From the NCBI GenBank assembly GCA_963726455.1, contig CAVSCK010000001.1, forward strand, positions 62,004 through 126,003: 64,000 nt of DNA, read 5' to 3'. Numbering within the stretch: position 1 is the first letter of the stretch; each line of letters begins with the position of its first letter. A model generated the notes under the pieces. The model was not told the DNA's origin, ran no database searches, and saw only the letters and a list, made by a program, of their open reading frames with translations. This stretch comes from an uncultured bacterium (GTDB lineage Bacteria > Zixibacteria > MSB-5A5 > CAIYYT01). The translations under genes were made by a program, and so were the position numbers. Positions 10,805 to 21,545 of this stretch are shown piece by piece.

Positions 10805-11125
10805 CCATCCGCTGGACTTCCTGATCCTGGAAAAAGTCGAAATCAAGACACATTCCGGCCTGGCAGAAACAAAGCTGTCGCCGGCGACGATTTCCACAAT
10901 GTTGACTAATTGTGGATAGACCAAGTCTGTCTTCATTACTCAGCGTGGCGCGGGTAATTGCGAGGGAATAGGGCGGTTCACCGAAATCCGTCTCTGAGCG
11001 GGGATTTCAAGACAGTCGCTGTCGCATTTTTCAACGTAACTTGTTGTGATGTATTCTGTTATTGGAGCAGATAAATGCTCCCAAATCGACCCCGAGAGGC
11101 GTATCTAGTTGGGAGCCGGAGAATC

Positions 11126-11154
11126 TTGACAAGTTGACTAAGGATTGTTATTCT
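11126..11154 (+). promoter_or_regulatory. Sigma70-type promoter of the Rrf2-iscS-mnmA operon; spacer contains an IscR-like half-site
   Basis: TTGACA-17 nt-TATTCT with extended -10 TG; AGTTGACTAA in the spacer. Confidence 0.65.
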
Positions 11155-11184
11155 TATCGCAGAAGGACTATGGAGGAGTAGCTT

Positions 11185-11640
11185 TTGTCGTTATCGACTC
11201 GCGGCAGATACGGTGTCCGGGCCATGCTAGCTATGGCCAGGGCAAAACGGCCATTATCGACGGTGCAGATTTCGCGGATGGAAGACATCTCGCTGCCGTA
11301 TCTCGAACAGATTTTCAGCCGGTTACGGCGCGGCGGATTGGTGCAAGCCAAACGGGGCGCGCAGGGTGGCTACGCTCTTGCCCGTCCGGCGGAAGAAATC
11401 AGCGTCGGCCAGATCGTCAGTGTGCTTGACGGGCCGATCACCTTCAGCCATTGCCACCGCCCGGGGCATGAAGAAGACTGTGTCCGCAGGGAGATTTGCG
11501 CGTCACGCAAATTCTGGGCGGACCTGGAGAACACGATCAATACCAAGCTGTTTAATACAACGCTCGAGGATTTGCGTAACGTCGAGACCGGGCTTCTCGA
11601 AAAGAAACGAGGCATTAGCAGTGCGACGAATATACTTTGA
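11185..11640 (+). CDS. Rrf2 family transcriptional regulator (IscR/CymR-like)
   Basis: STRGRYG, YLEQI, RGAQGGY; three Cys (C-x8-C-x5-C) as potential Fe-S ligands. Confidence 0.92.
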   Translation: MSLSTRGRYGVRAMLAMARAKRPLSTVQISRMEDISLPYLEQIFSRLRRGGLVQAKRGAQGGYALARPAEEISVGQIVSVLDGPITFSHCHRPGHEEDCVRREICASRKFWADLENTINTKLFNTTLEDLRNVETGLLEKKRGISSATNIL

Positions 11641-12787
11641 TCATAACAGTACCACTCCGTTAGATCCCCGGGCTCTCGAGGCGATGACGCCGTACCTGTT
11701 GGAGTTTTACGGCAATGCCTCTTCGGTTCACTCCGTCGGACAGTCGGCGCGCGCGGGACTGGAACAATCGCGCGAGAAGATCGCCAGTTTGCTCAGTTGC
11801 CGTCCCGATGAAATATATTTTACCTCGGGCGCTACCGAGTCGGACAATACCGTGATCAAGGGCGTGGCTGATGCTCTCGTTCAGAAGGGCAAGCATATCA
11901 TCACGTCGCGTATCGAGCATCATGCAATCCTGGAGCCCTGTGAGTATCTCATGCGGCACGGATACGAGATAACCTATCTCGGCGTTGACCGCATGGGTTA
12001 TGTCGATCCGAACGAACTGGCGGCGGCAATTCGCACCGATACGATTTTGGTCTCGATCATGCAGGCCAATAACGAAGTCGGCACGATTCAGGATATCAGA
12101 AAACTCTGCCAGATCGCGCATGCCAAAGGTGTGCTATTCCACACCGACGCCGTACAGGCGATCGGCAAGATCAAGGTTGATATCAAGAATCTCGAAGTTG
12201 ATTTCCTCTCCGGCTCGGCGCACAAGTTCTATGGTCCGAAAGGTGTAGGCATTTTGTTTGCCAAGACCGGCGCACGGTTTACTCCATTCGCCCACGGTGG
12301 CGCCCATGAGCGCAATAAGCGCGCCGGCACTGAGAATGTCGCCGGAGTGGTTGGTATGGCGCGGGCGCTGGAACTGGCGACGACCGAACTCGACAAGAAC
12401 ACCAAACACTTGCAGGAGCTTGCGAAACGACTCTTCGACGGCATCCTCGCAACCGTGCCCGATTCTCATTTCAATGGCGACGCAGATCATCGAATCGTGA
12501 ACACGTTGTTCTTTACTTTCCCCGGCGCCGAAGGCGAGGCGACAATCCTGTCACTCGATATGAAGGGGATTGCCGTTTCCTCCGGTTCGGCTTGCACGTC
12601 CGGCGCGGTGGAGCCGTCCCATGTCCTATTGGCGATGGGGGTTCCGTCGGAAGAGGCGCAGACTGCGGTTCGTTTTTCACTGGGCAAGGGCAATACAGCC
12701 GAGGAAATCGACTACACCCTCGAAGTCCTGCCGCCCGTGATCGAGCGCCTGCGCATGATGTCGCCGATCTACGCGCAATCCAAATAG
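11621..12787 (+). CDS. iscS: Cysteine desulfurase (IscS/NifS, class V PLP enzyme)
   Basis: IYFDHNSTT, FTSGATE, HTDAVQ, SAHKFYGPKG (PLP Lys), SSGSACTS; GTG start at 11621. Confidence 0.93.
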   Translation: MRRIYFDHNSTTPLDPRALEAMTPYLLEFYGNASSVHSVGQSARAGLEQSREKIASLLSCRPDEIYFTSGATESDNTVIKGVADALVQKGKHIITSRIEHHAILEPCEYLMRHGYEITYLGVDRMGYVDPNELAAAIRTDTILVSIMQANNEVGTIQDIRKLCQIAHAKGVLFHTDAVQAIGKIKVDIKNLEVDFLSGSAHKFYGPKGVGILFAKTGARFTPFAHGGAHERNKRAGTENVAGVVGMARALELATTELDKNTKHLQELAKRLFDGILATVPDSHFNGDADHRIVNTLFFTFPGAEGEATILSLDMKGIAVSSGSACTSGAVEPSHVLLAMGVPSEEAQTAVRFSLGKGNTAEEIDYTLEVLPPVIERLRMMSPIYAQSK

Positions 12788-12797
12788 CACTCTGGGC

Positions 12798-13898
12798 ATG
12801 AAGAAACTAGTTGCTGTCGCGATGTCAGGCGGAATCGACAGTTCCGTCACTGCCGTCAAGCTCAAGCTGGAGGGCTACGATGTCATCGGCCTGACGATGA
12901 AGCTCTGGGACTTTGACGAAATCGGCGGCGCAGACAAGCATGTCAGCCGGCATTGTTGCTCGCTGGAGATGTTCGAAGATGCCCGCAGTGTTTGCTTCAA
13001 GTACGGCATCCCGCATTATGTACTGAACATGCACAAGGATTTCAACGAGACCGTGATTCAGGATTTCGTGTCCGAGTATGTCAACGGACGAACTCCGAAT
13101 CCGTGCGTCGTCTGCAATTACAAAATCAAGTGGGGACTGCTGGAGAACAAGACGAAGCAGCTCGGTTGCGACTACTTAGCCACCGGCCACTACGCGCGAA
13201 TCCATCATGACGAAACCAGCGGTCGTTATCAAATCCTCAAAGGTGTTGATGCGACCCGCGACCAGTCATACTTCCTCTGGGGTCTCTCCCAGGAATCGCT
13301 GGCACACACATTGTTTCCGTTGGGGGATCTGCACAAGACCGAAGTGAGACGCCTGGGGCATGAGTACGGCCTCATCAATGCCGATGGCGAGGAGTCGCGC
13401 GAAATCTGCTTTGTGCCGGACGACGATTACGCACGGTTGGTGCAATCCCGGCACCCGGAACTCGCGCAACCGGGAATAATTCGCGACACCGCCGGCAATG
13501 CGGTGGGAAAGCACGAAGGATACTATCGCTACACGATCGGACAACGGAAACGAATTCAAATTGCGACGACAGAAAAGCGCTATGTCACGCAGATCATTCC
13601 GGACAAAAATGAAATTGTAGTCGGTTCGGATGACGACCTCCTGACCGATCATTTCCGTGTGTCCGAAGTCAACTGGATAGCCATCGATCTCGCGAATAGC
13701 GACGACCAGCGCAACCGGACGATACCCGCGTTAGTGAAGATTCGCTATCTGCACAAACCGGTTGCCGGCGAGTTATCCTTGCAGTCCGACAATTCCGTTG
13801 AGGTCCGGCTTTCGCAGAAGCAGCGTGCGATCACTCCGGGGCAAAGTTGCGTCTTCTATGACGGTGATGTAGTCTTGGGTGGCGGGAAAATAGTCTGA
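12798..13898 (+). CDS. mnmA: tRNA-specific 2-thiouridylase MnmA
   Basis: AMSGGIDSS, GRTPNPCVVCN, ATGHY, DQSYFL, YTIGQR, TPGQ. Confidence 0.96.
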   Translation: MKKLVAVAMSGGIDSSVTAVKLKLEGYDVIGLTMKLWDFDEIGGADKHVSRHCCSLEMFEDARSVCFKYGIPHYVLNMHKDFNETVIQDFVSEYVNGRTPNPCVVCNYKIKWGLLENKTKQLGCDYLATGHYARIHHDETSGRYQILKGVDATRDQSYFLWGLSQESLAHTLFPLGDLHKTEVRRLGHEYGLINADGEESREICFVPDDDYARLVQSRHPELAQPGIIRDTAGNAVGKHEGYYRYTIGQRKRIQIATTEKRYVTQIIPDKNEIVVGSDDDLLTDHFRVSEVNWIAIDLANSDDQRNRTIPALVKIRYLHKPVAGELSLQSDNSVEVRLSQKQRAITPGQSCVFYDGDVVLGGGKIV

Positions 13899-13910
13899 CC
13901 ATTCCAAAAA

Positions 13911-13935
13911 GTAGGGGCGCACGGCAGTGCGCCCC
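13911..13935. repeat. GTAG-type REP-like palindrome, possibly also terminator for ahcY
   Basis: GTAGGGGCGCAC-GGCA-GTGCGCCCC between convergent mnmA and ahcY; preceded by AAAAA. Confidence 0.65.
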
Positions 13936-13969
13936 AGATCAGCAATCTATATTGTAATTAGTTACTCGT

Positions 13970-15229
13970 TTACGTCCCCATCTGCCAACTGGCAAGATAC
14001 TTCTTCTGTTCCGCCGTGAGCTTGTCAATGGTCGCGCCCATCGACTTGAGTTTCAACTCGGCTACCTGATAGTCAAGTTTCGCCGGCAACGCGAAAACGT
14101 CTTTCGACAGCTTCCTGTAATTCTTCACAATGTACTCGCAAGCAAGTGATTGATTGGCAAACGACATATCCATCACCATCGCGGGATGTCCTTCGGCCGC
14201 GGACAGGTTAATCAGCCGCCCTTCGGCGAGAACATTGATCTTGCTGCCTGATTGAAGCGTAAACTCCTCAACCAGGTTGCGTACCATGCGGCGCTTCTTT
14301 GACATCTTGGCCAATCCTTCGAGATCGATCTCGACATTGAAGTGTCCGCTGTTACAAACGATCGCGCCCGACTTCATTTTCAGGAAATGCTCCGGACGGA
14401 GAACGTTGATATCGCCGGTGAGTGTGACGAAGACATCTCCGAGCGGTGCGGCTTTCGCCATGGGCATCACGCGGAAGCCGTCCATTGCGGCTTCAATGGC
14501 CTTGATGGCATCAACCTCAGTGACAATCACGTCCGCACCGTGTCCCTTCACCCGCGTCGCCAATCCGCGTCCACACCAGCCGTAACCGGCGACCACGACA
14601 ACCGAGCCGGCTATCAGGAAATTGGTAGAGCGAATGATGCCGTCGATGGTCGACTGTCCGGTACCGTAACGGTTGTCGAACATGTGCTTGGTCTGCGAAT
14701 CGTTGACTGCGACAATCGGATACTGCAAAACCTTGTCGTGCGCCATCGCGCGCAGGCGGATGACGCCGGTCGTCGTTTCCTCGGTGCCGCCGATCACATT
14801 CGGCAGCAAATCTCGGCGGTCTGAATGCAGCACGTTGACTAAATCGGCTCCATCGTCCATCGTGATATCGGGTTTGATGTCGAGTGCGGCGTTGATATGC
14901 TGGTAATAGCCCTTGGTGTCGATGCCGCAGATGGCGGAAACATCAATGCCGTAATCCTTCACCAGCGATGCTGCCACATCATCCTGCGTCGACAGCGGAT
15001 TGGAAGCGCAAAGGTGCAACTCGGCTCCCGCCGACTTCAGCACGCGCATCAGGTTCGCGGTTTCCGTCGTCACGTGCAGGCAGGCGGCGATCTTGCGTCC
15101 CTTAAGCGGTTGTTCTTTCTTGAGGCGCTCTTCGATCAGCGAGACCACCGGCATGAAATTGCCGGCCCATTCGATGCGCCTTTTGCCCTCGGAAGCGAGG
15201 GCGAGATCCTTAACGTGATACTTGTTCAT
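13970..15229 (-). CDS. ahcY: Adenosylhomocysteinase
   Basis: [47 protein letters not shown]. Confidence 0.97.
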   Translation of the reverse strand: MNKYHVKDLALASEGKRRIEWAGNFMPVVSLIEERLKKEQPLKGRKIAACLHVTTETANLMRVLKSAGAELHLCASNPLSTQDDVAASLVKDYGIDVSAICGIDTKGYYQHINAALDIKPDITMDDGADLVNVLHSDRRDLLPNVIGGTEETTTGVIRLRAMAHDKVLQYPIVAVNDSQTKHMFDNRYGTGQSTIDGIIRSTNFLIAGSVVVVAGYGWCGRGLATRVKGHGADVIVTEVDAIKAIEAAMDGFRVMPMAKAAPLGDVFVTLTGDINVLRPEHFLKMKSGAIVCNSGHFNVEIDLEGLAKMSKKRRMVRNLVEEFTLQSGSKINVLAEGRLINLSAAEGHPAMVMDMSFANQSLACEYIVKNYRKLSKDVFALPAKLDYQVAELKLKSMGATIDKLTAEQKKYLASWQMGT

Positions 15230-15249
15230 TCAGGTATTATCCCCCGTCG

Positions 15250-16413
15250 TTAGGCGTCTTTCTGCAATTCTTTTATTTTGTCAGTGCGTTCCCACGTGAA
15301 CTGTTTTTCATGCCGTCCGAAATGTCCATAGGCCGCCGTGCTCCGATAGATCGGGCGACGCAGGTCGAGCATGTCGATGATGCCGCGCGGCGTGAGCTCG
15401 AAGTGTTTGCGGATCAGCTCGATAATGCGATTATCGGACAGCTTCGAGGTCTTGTCGGTGAACACCATGATCGAGACCGGATTGGCGACTCCGATTGCGT
15501 AGGCCAGTTGTATCGTGCACTTGCGGGCGATACCGGCGGCAACGATGTTCTTGGCGATATAGCGCGCCATATACGCGGCCGAGCGGTCAACCTTGGTCGG
15601 ATCTTTTCCCGAAAACGCGCCGCCGCCATGCGAGGCCATGCCACCGTAAGTGTCCACGATGATCTTGCGGCCGGTCATGCCGGTATCCGATTGCGGGCCG
15701 CCGATCACGAACTTGCCGGTCGGGTTGACATAGAACTTGGTCTTGCTGTCAATCATCTTCGCGGGGACTACGGGTCGAATGACCTTCTCGATAATCTCCT
15801 GCCGCGCGCGTTCGGTGATCTTCTTGCCGGTGCGATCGAGGATTCTTTCCGAATGTTGCGCGGAAATCACAATCGCTTCGCAGCGTCGCGGCCTGCCGTC
15901 GATGTATTCGATCGAAACCTGCGACTTGCCGTCCGGGCCGAGGTAATCGAGCACGTTCTTCTTGCGCACGTCCGTCAGGCGCCTCACGAGTTTGTGGGCC
16001 AGCATGATCGGTAGCGGCATCAGCTCCGGAGTCTCGTCACAGGCATAGCCGGTCATCAAACCCTGATCTCCCGCTCCCCCGCGGTCGACACCCTGCTTGA
16101 TATCGGGCGATTGCGAGCCGATGGCGTTGAGTATCGAACAGGAGTTGAAGTGAAAGCCGTATTCTGGTTTTGTGTAGCCGATGTCGTTGACAATCCTGCG
16201 CACGAGACGGTTGATGTCGCAGAAACCGGTAGTGGTGATTTCGCCGCCGACGACTACCAGGCCGACTGTGACAAATGTCTCGCAGGCGACGCGGCTGTTC
16301 TTGTCTTGTCGCAGCAAGTCGTCGAGGACACCGTCGGAAATCTGGTCGCAGAGTTTGTCGGGATGTCCTTCCGTGACCGACTCGGAAGTAAAGAGAAACT
16401 TGTTTGTTGCCAT
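15250..16413 (-). CDS. metK: S-adenosylmethionine synthetase
   Basis: [41 protein letters not shown]. Confidence 0.98.
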   Translation of the reverse strand: MATNKFLFTSESVTEGHPDKLCDQISDGVLDDLLRQDKNSRVACETFVTVGLVVVGGEITTTGFCDINRLVRRIVNDIGYTKPEYGFHFNSCSILNAIGSQSPDIKQGVDRGGAGDQGLMTGYACDETPELMPLPIMLAHKLVRRLTDVRKKNVLDYLGPDGKSQVSIEYIDGRPRRCEAIVISAQHSERILDRTGKKITERARQEIIEKVIRPVVPAKMIDSKTKFYVNPTGKFVIGGPQSDTGMTGRKIIVDTYGGMASHGGGAFSGKDPTKVDRSAAYMARYIAKNIVAAGIARKCTIQLAYAIGVANPVSIMVFTDKTSKLSDNRIIELIRKHFELTPRGIIDMLDLRRPIYRSTAAYGHFGRHEKQFTWERTDKIKELQKDA

Positions 16414-16481
16414 ATCTATTTCCTTTTCCAGTGATTTCTATCTATCGCCGAAGCGAATATTCTATTCGGTAACGCTCACTA

Positions 16482-17462
16482 TTACAGTATGTGCAATTCG
16501 CCGATTTCGCTGTAGTCGCCAAGATTGTAAGAGCCGTTGGCATCGTGCATCATGACATAGTTGCCGATCAGCGAGTTCTCAATCGTACAGGATACCACCT
16601 GAGTATGGTCGGCGATTATCGAATCGCGGACGATCGAGTTACGGACGACAGTCTCTTTGCCGATCGAGGCATACGGGCCGATCACCGAATTCTCGATCAC
16701 CGCCTCGGACGAGACGAACGATGGCGGAATAATCACCGAACCGTCGCGATACGACGATGCGGCCTTGCGGTCGAGCAGGAAGCGGTTTGTCGACAGCATG
16801 GTTTCCTTGCGTCCACAATCATACCAGCCGGTTGTCGGGAAAGTGTGAATGGCCGACCCCTTCTTGATCAAGAGATCAAATGCATCGGTGACCTGAATCT
16901 CGCCGTGCGTGGTGATCCCCTTCTCGATGACTTCGGTAATGCACTCGAAAAACTTGGCCGTTTCACGGATATAGTAAACGCCGACCACCGCCAGATTTGT
17001 CGGCGGGTCCTGCGGTTTTTCCACCAGATGCACGATGTGGTCGTTCTCGATTTCCACCACGCCAAACGCGCGCGGATCGCCGACTTCCTTGACGACAATC
17101 GTATTGCGGTTGGCCCCGATCATGCTGCTCCAGTCCAACTCAACAATGGTGTCGCCCAGCACGACCAGCAATTCCTCGGAGCGGTTGACAATGCCGAGAT
17201 AGACGGCGTAGCCAAGCCCGTAGAGGCGCTGCTGTTCGATAAAACGCGCGGTGAAGTTGTAATTACTGCGAATGAATTTTTCGATCTTCTGGCCGTTGGG
17301 TCCGGTGATGAAAATGACCTCGCTGAAATCGAGCGCGAGAATCTGGTCGACGATATGTCCCAGAATCGGCTTGCCGGCTACCTGCAGCAAGCACTTGGGA
17401 GTACTGTACGTGTGTGGGAGAAGACGTCTCCCCTCGCCGGCAACCGGAATTACAATTTTCAT
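16482..17462 (-). CDS. Sugar-phosphate nucleotidyltransferase with C-terminal beta-helix
   Basis: IPVAGEGRRLLPHT..PK, EKP, WYDCG, hexapeptide-like tail. Confidence 0.9.
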   Translation of the reverse strand: MKIVIPVAGEGRRLLPHTYSTPKCLLQVAGKPILGHIVDQILALDFSEVIFITGPNGQKIEKFIRSNYNFTARFIEQQRLYGLGYAVYLGIVNRSEELLVVLGDTIVELDWSSMIGANRNTIVVKEVGDPRAFGVVEIENDHIVHLVEKPQDPPTNLAVVGVYYIRETAKFFECITEVIEKGITTHGEIQVTDAFDLLIKKGSAIHTFPTTGWYDCGRKETMLSTNRFLLDRKAASSYRDGSVIIPPSFVSSEAVIENSVIGPYASIGKETVVRNSIVRDSIIADHTQVVSCTIENSLIGNYVMMHDANGSYNLGDYSEIGELHIL

Positions 17463-17469
17463 TCAGACC

Positions 17470-18120
17470 TCAACCCAGTTTAATCAGCTTCAGCCAGTCA
17501 ATAAAGATAAACTGCACTTGCCCGATCAACAAACTAATTCGCCCCATCACGGTGTAGCCGAAATGGGCGCCAAACGCGATCATTATAAACCAAATGCCGA
17601 CCCGAGCGCTGCCGCCCAAAACGCCGGTGTGTTCTTTCGAAAAATAGAAATAGATCAGTGTCGTCAGCACTCCGAAGAAGATTATGATGCTGAGCGGACT
17701 CAGCAGGTTCACGAATGTTCCCGCAATCTGCGGGATCAATCGTCCGTGCAACTCCGACATCAGATAGATACCCGCGGTGTTACCCATGACAAACGCCAAC
17801 GGATAACGTGATATCCAGGACGCCTTCGGGAAGAAGCGCGTAAACATGAGAACGCCCAGACCTCCGGCGAACAACAGGAAGGCAATCTTCATGAGATGGA
17901 ATCCCGGCTGGTCGCCTGCGGAAACCGACGTCCAGTGCTGGCTGATCGGATCAATCAACTGCTGCAGTATCACCGAGCGATAAATCAACCCAACATAATA
18001 TCCGGCGGATAGTCCCGCAAAGATATGTTCAGCCAGGCGATAGAAGGGGTTGTCGCGGTACAAGAATGAAAACAGCGACAGCGTTAAGAAACCGGCTAAC
18101 CAGAGTCCAAGAGTGTCCAT
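17470..18120 (-). CDS. Conserved hypothetical polytopic membrane protein (DUF6754-associated cassette, gene 4)
   Basis: About six TM helices; SFLYRDNPFYR.AEH, YFYFS, FGYTVMGR; TGATG overlap with the upstream gene. Confidence 0.8.
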   Translation of the reverse strand: MDTLGLWLAGFLTLSLFSFLYRDNPFYRLAEHIFAGLSAGYYVGLIYRSVILQQLIDPISQHWTSVSAGDQPGFHLMKIAFLLFAGGLGVLMFTRFFPKASWISRYPLAFVMGNTAGIYLMSELHGRLIPQIAGTFVNLLSPLSIIIFFGVLTTLIYFYFSKEHTGVLGGSARVGIWFIMIAFGAHFGYTVMGRISLLIGQVQFIFIDWLKLIKLG

Positions 18121-18953
18121 CAGGTACTCTTTCCCTTCTGACCACGAATCATGAAGTAAGATATGTTGCCGATGATCACGAAAAAGATGATCAGCAAATG
18201 CACAAGTGATTGCGAGTCCATGCCGATCGTTGCCATGGCCGGTTTGTTAACGAGCTTTTCATATTCAGCCGCTCCCTTCATGCCACCCAAAAGTCCGGTC
18301 ATCTGTTTGGCCTGAACGTAACTGTAAAACTTCGGCGCCATTACCGCGGTTACACCGGCGCCCATCGGCACGCCGAATTGCGCGTTGACGATCGAAATCC
18401 AGTTATCGACGATGCCGTTATCCGCGACAATGAAGATGAAACTGATATCCTTGTAACTTTTGACCCGCTGCATCAACGGCAATTGCGCCAGCGGCGTGCC
18501 GTACTGATCCGCCGGGTAGATTGACTCAATCGAGGATCCCATTCCCAGCAACACGGCGGTATAGTTTGCCTTGTAGCCGAGATTGACATAGTCGATGCCA
18601 TAGGTCTTGTTATATAACTTGGCCATCTCCTTCATCGTGCGATCCGCCATCGACGGACCGCCCAGAGGGATCGTCGTCATGGTGACAACTTTGAGATTCT
18701 TGCGGAACAGTTGATGCAGTGCCGCCACCGACATCGGCCTGGTTTCCGCCACCGTCGACGGATAATAGTCGAACGTTAGCATTACTACCGAGCTGTCGGG
18801 AAGCGCTTCGACGGCATCGTACAGTTGCCTCGCTTCCGGCGTAATTGCAACCGGCAGCCGCATCGGCAAGAGCAGGGGGAAAATCACTGCCAGCGCCACA
18901 GCCAGGTAGATCCAGCGGCGATCAAGTAGCGAAATGCGTTCCCAGAAACTCAC
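18120..18953 (-). CDS. Conserved hypothetical membrane protein with soluble alpha/beta domain (cassette gene 3)
   Basis: TM-domain-TM layout; YGIDYVNLGY, GLLGGMKGAAEYE, MDSQS; GTG start 1 nt after the upstream stop. Confidence 0.8.
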   Translation of the reverse strand: MSFWERISLLDRRWIYLAVALAVIFPLLLPMRLPVAITPEARQLYDAVEALPDSSVVMLTFDYYPSTVAETRPMSVAALHQLFRKNLKVVTMTTIPLGGPSMADRTMKEMAKLYNKTYGIDYVNLGYKANYTAVLLGMGSSIESIYPADQYGTPLAQLPLMQRVKSYKDISFIFIVADNGIVDNWISIVNAQFGVPMGAGVTAVMAPKFYSYVQAKQMTGLLGGMKGAAEYEKLVNKPAMATIGMDSQSLVHLLIIFFVIIGNISYFMIRGQKGKST

Positions 18954-18954
18954 G

Positions 18955-19611
18955 TCAGGTTTTCCCCATATAAGTGCGCTCAATTCCAAGCATGATGCGC
19001 AGTGATGTCGCGGCCGCTCCCAGCGCGGCGCCGATTATGATTCCGCGCTGCACCGCAACATTGACTCCGCCCATGATGTAGGTATTGATCCATTGCGGCA
19101 GATTGGCGTTGATCGCTAGGTATACTTTTTCACCCATCGGCACACGCCAGAGCATCACGACAGTCGCCGTAATTAACAGCAACGTGGCTTCCGCGTTGCG
19201 CGCCCTGAATGCGCGAAACGCAGCCGAGGCGACATAGAAAGCGAGCATGGCAAACATGGTCGCCATCATCGGCGCATTCAGATTATTGAAACACCAATCA
19301 TATATCGATCCCGAATCCGTGCCGAACAGCGGCGACGAACCCACCGGCAGCATTGCCGGTATCGCCGTCACGGCCACCGCCAGCAGCAGCGCCGCCCGGT
19401 TGAACCAACCTTTTTCACGTCGCAATACCGGCCGCCAATTGACCCGCACCATCGACACCACCCCCAGCAACAGCGTGAATCCGGCGATGACAGTGGTCCA
19501 CTGCAGCAACTCGCCTTCTACGTCTCCGGTCTTCTCCGGGTTGAGCAGGAACACGGCGACCATGGCCAGGCCGGACAGAAACGCAATGGCAATCGGCAGC
19601 TTGGTCTTCAT
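18955..19611 (-). CDS. Conserved hypothetical polytopic membrane protein (cassette gene 2)
   Basis: About six TM helices; LAFYVASAAFRAFRAR, RGIIIGAALG, LRIMLGIER. Confidence 0.8.
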   Translation of the reverse strand: MKTKLPIAIAFLSGLAMVAVFLLNPEKTGDVEGELLQWTTVIAGFTLLLGVVSMVRVNWRPVLRREKGWFNRAALLLAVAVTAIPAMLPVGSSPLFGTDSGSIYDWCFNNLNAPMMATMFAMLAFYVASAAFRAFRARNAEATLLLITATVVMLWRVPMGEKVYLAINANLPQWINTYIMGGVNVAVQRGIIIGAALGAAATSLRIMLGIERTYMGKT

Positions 19612-20483
19612 CAACGAACCTCGAACAGTGATCTAATCCAGTCGCCGCCGCTATGCAGCGTAACCATAATCGTTGCGACAACGATCAGCACTACGATCAG
19701 AACCTTCATAAAATCCTGCCCCTTCAATCCGCCCAGCATCAGTGGCTCATGCGACAAATATGCTGACGCCGCGAATAATTCCTCGCCCATCAGCGTGTAG
19801 TCGCAGGCGGCGATAAAAAACGGCAGTTGTTCCGGCTGTGCAGTTCCGGCGATCTGAATCGACCCCGCCGCATTGCCGGTTTCCGCAAGTAGCAGCGACT
19901 CAGCGTAAAACGCGCCCATCATGATATTAGCCGCCGGGCGCTCGCGCATCATGTAGCCGTTGACCGCCGCGGTGAACGCAAACTGCTCGCCCGCGACATA
20001 GCTGATCATATCCTGATTGTAGGAATCCGCCCGGCCTTCAGTGATATACGACTGCTGTACTACTTCCTGTGCAGCCGCCAGCACCATCGGATAGCGCACC
20101 GGCACATACAGCGGCGTCTCGTAGCGCGCCGTGATCAAGGCGACTCTGCCAAGAATAGAGAGACCGGCGAGGGTGTCGATCGTATCAATCTCGTTGATCC
20201 CCGGAATGAAGAGCACCGGCTTGCCCATTTCTGTAGCGCGTCCGACAGCATCCTCGACTTCATCAAGCCCGGCGATCTTGCGGATGAATAGCTTTTCACC
20301 CCGTCGCGCGCGGCGGGTGTAATACAGGACCGCGATAGAAAACACGGCGGCAACGACCAGCGCATTCAGGCGATAGGTGCGGAACCAACCGGTGTCGGCA
20401 GGAGCGCCGTTAGTAGCGAATATCTGCGGAACAATCAGGAGTAAAATGAGTGCTGCAAGTCCGAGCAGTCGGGCCAATTTCAA
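19611..20483 (-). CDS. DUF6754-like membrane protein (cassette gene 1)
   Basis: IRKIAGL...AVGRATEMGKPV, GAFYAESL, CDYTLMGEELFAASAY; recognised from recalled family motifs. Confidence 0.78.
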   Translation of the reverse strand: MKLARLLGLAALILLLIVPQIFATNGAPADTGWFRTYRLNALVVAAVFSIAVLYYTRRARRGEKLFIRKIAGLDEVEDAVGRATEMGKPVLFIPGINEIDTIDTLAGLSILGRVALITARYETPLYVPVRYPMVLAAAQEVVQQSYITEGRADSYNQDMISYVAGEQFAFTAAVNGYMMRERPAANIMMGAFYAESLLLAETGNAAGSIQIAGTAQPEQLPFFIAACDYTLMGEELFAASAYLSHEPLMLGGLKGQDFMKVLIVVLIVVATIMVTLHSGGDWIRSLFEVR

Positions 20484-21545
20484 TTCAGTTTCTCCAAAGC
20501 AACCTTAAGCCGTTCGATGTCATTTACGGGAGTAGGATCAATCTTGTTGAGCAGCGCCAGATAATAACTGGTAAAATCGCCAAGCTGAATCAATGAAAAT
20601 ATCTCCGCCAGCCGATTCGGACCCTGCGCTTTCAGCATCGACGTTCGCGACTTTCTTACGGCTCAGGATCTTGCCTATAATCTTGAAGCGATTCGTCACG
20701 CCCGCGGAATCCGCCGGACCGGTCAGGAAGACCACCTGCAACTTACTCAGCGATTTCGCGGGGAAATTGTATCCCATCAGTTCATTGTGATTAAACTCCG
20801 GGCAAATATTGGCATAAGCCAGCGATTTGGCGTTTTCGCAAAGTTGGCCTTTGAACCGTACAGCTGTGGCATCATAGTAATCGGCGCCTGCATATATCAC
20901 GGCGATCTTGTCTTTCAACTTCGCGGCCAGTTGCCTTGCGGGATTCCGCTTATCTGAAGTCTCTGTTCCGAGCTTTTTGCGATTGCCCACCAAGTAGGCG
21001 CAAGTCGCCTCAACATTATCGGACTGACTTGCTGCAAATCCCAGTCTTTCCGCTAGATGCAACAGCGGTCCGAATGCATATCCGAGTGCCGCGCGCGGCT
21101 GCAAACCGGCCGGCAATACGACATGAGGATAGGCGCCTTCGATTGCGATTCCTCCGAGTCGGCCGCCCGTCGTCGTAATTATGATCCGGCAACCACGCTG
21201 CTTCGCTTGCGCGAATGCTGACAGCGTCTCCTCGGTGTTGCCCGAATACGATGACGCAATCAACAACGTGTTCTGATCGGCATAGCGGGGAAGATTGTAG
21301 TTACGGTTGACTACGATCGGTACCGGCATTTCTTCGGCCAGATAGGAACGCAGAATATCTCCACCGATTGCCGACCCACCCATTCCGGCAATAATGATGT
21401 TCTTGATCTCGGCTGCGTTGATATTCGTCAGGTCGCCGTTGATGGGCAGCGAATAACCTTCGCGCAATTGCTCGGGGAAGTGATACACGCGCGAATACAT
21501 GTCAGCGGGATCAAGTTTCTTTAGCAGCGCCGGTGTCAGTAACAT
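20480..21545 (-). CDS. Bifunctional phosphoglucose/phosphomannose isomerase, frameshifted near 20640
   Basis: GMGGSAIGG, SYSGNTEET, QPR, ENAK, PEFNHNE; the shifted frame restores the family tail LGDFTSYYLA..IDPTPV..IERLK, ending at TGA 20480-20482. Confidence 0.88.

Noticed and set aside
10891-10920. DnaA boxes / replication origin
   Set aside because: Only two mismatched boxes, no AT-rich unwinding element and no origin-linked genes
16414-16481. SAM riboswitch upstream of metK
   Set aside because: 68-nt spacer with no recognisable SAM-riboswitch core
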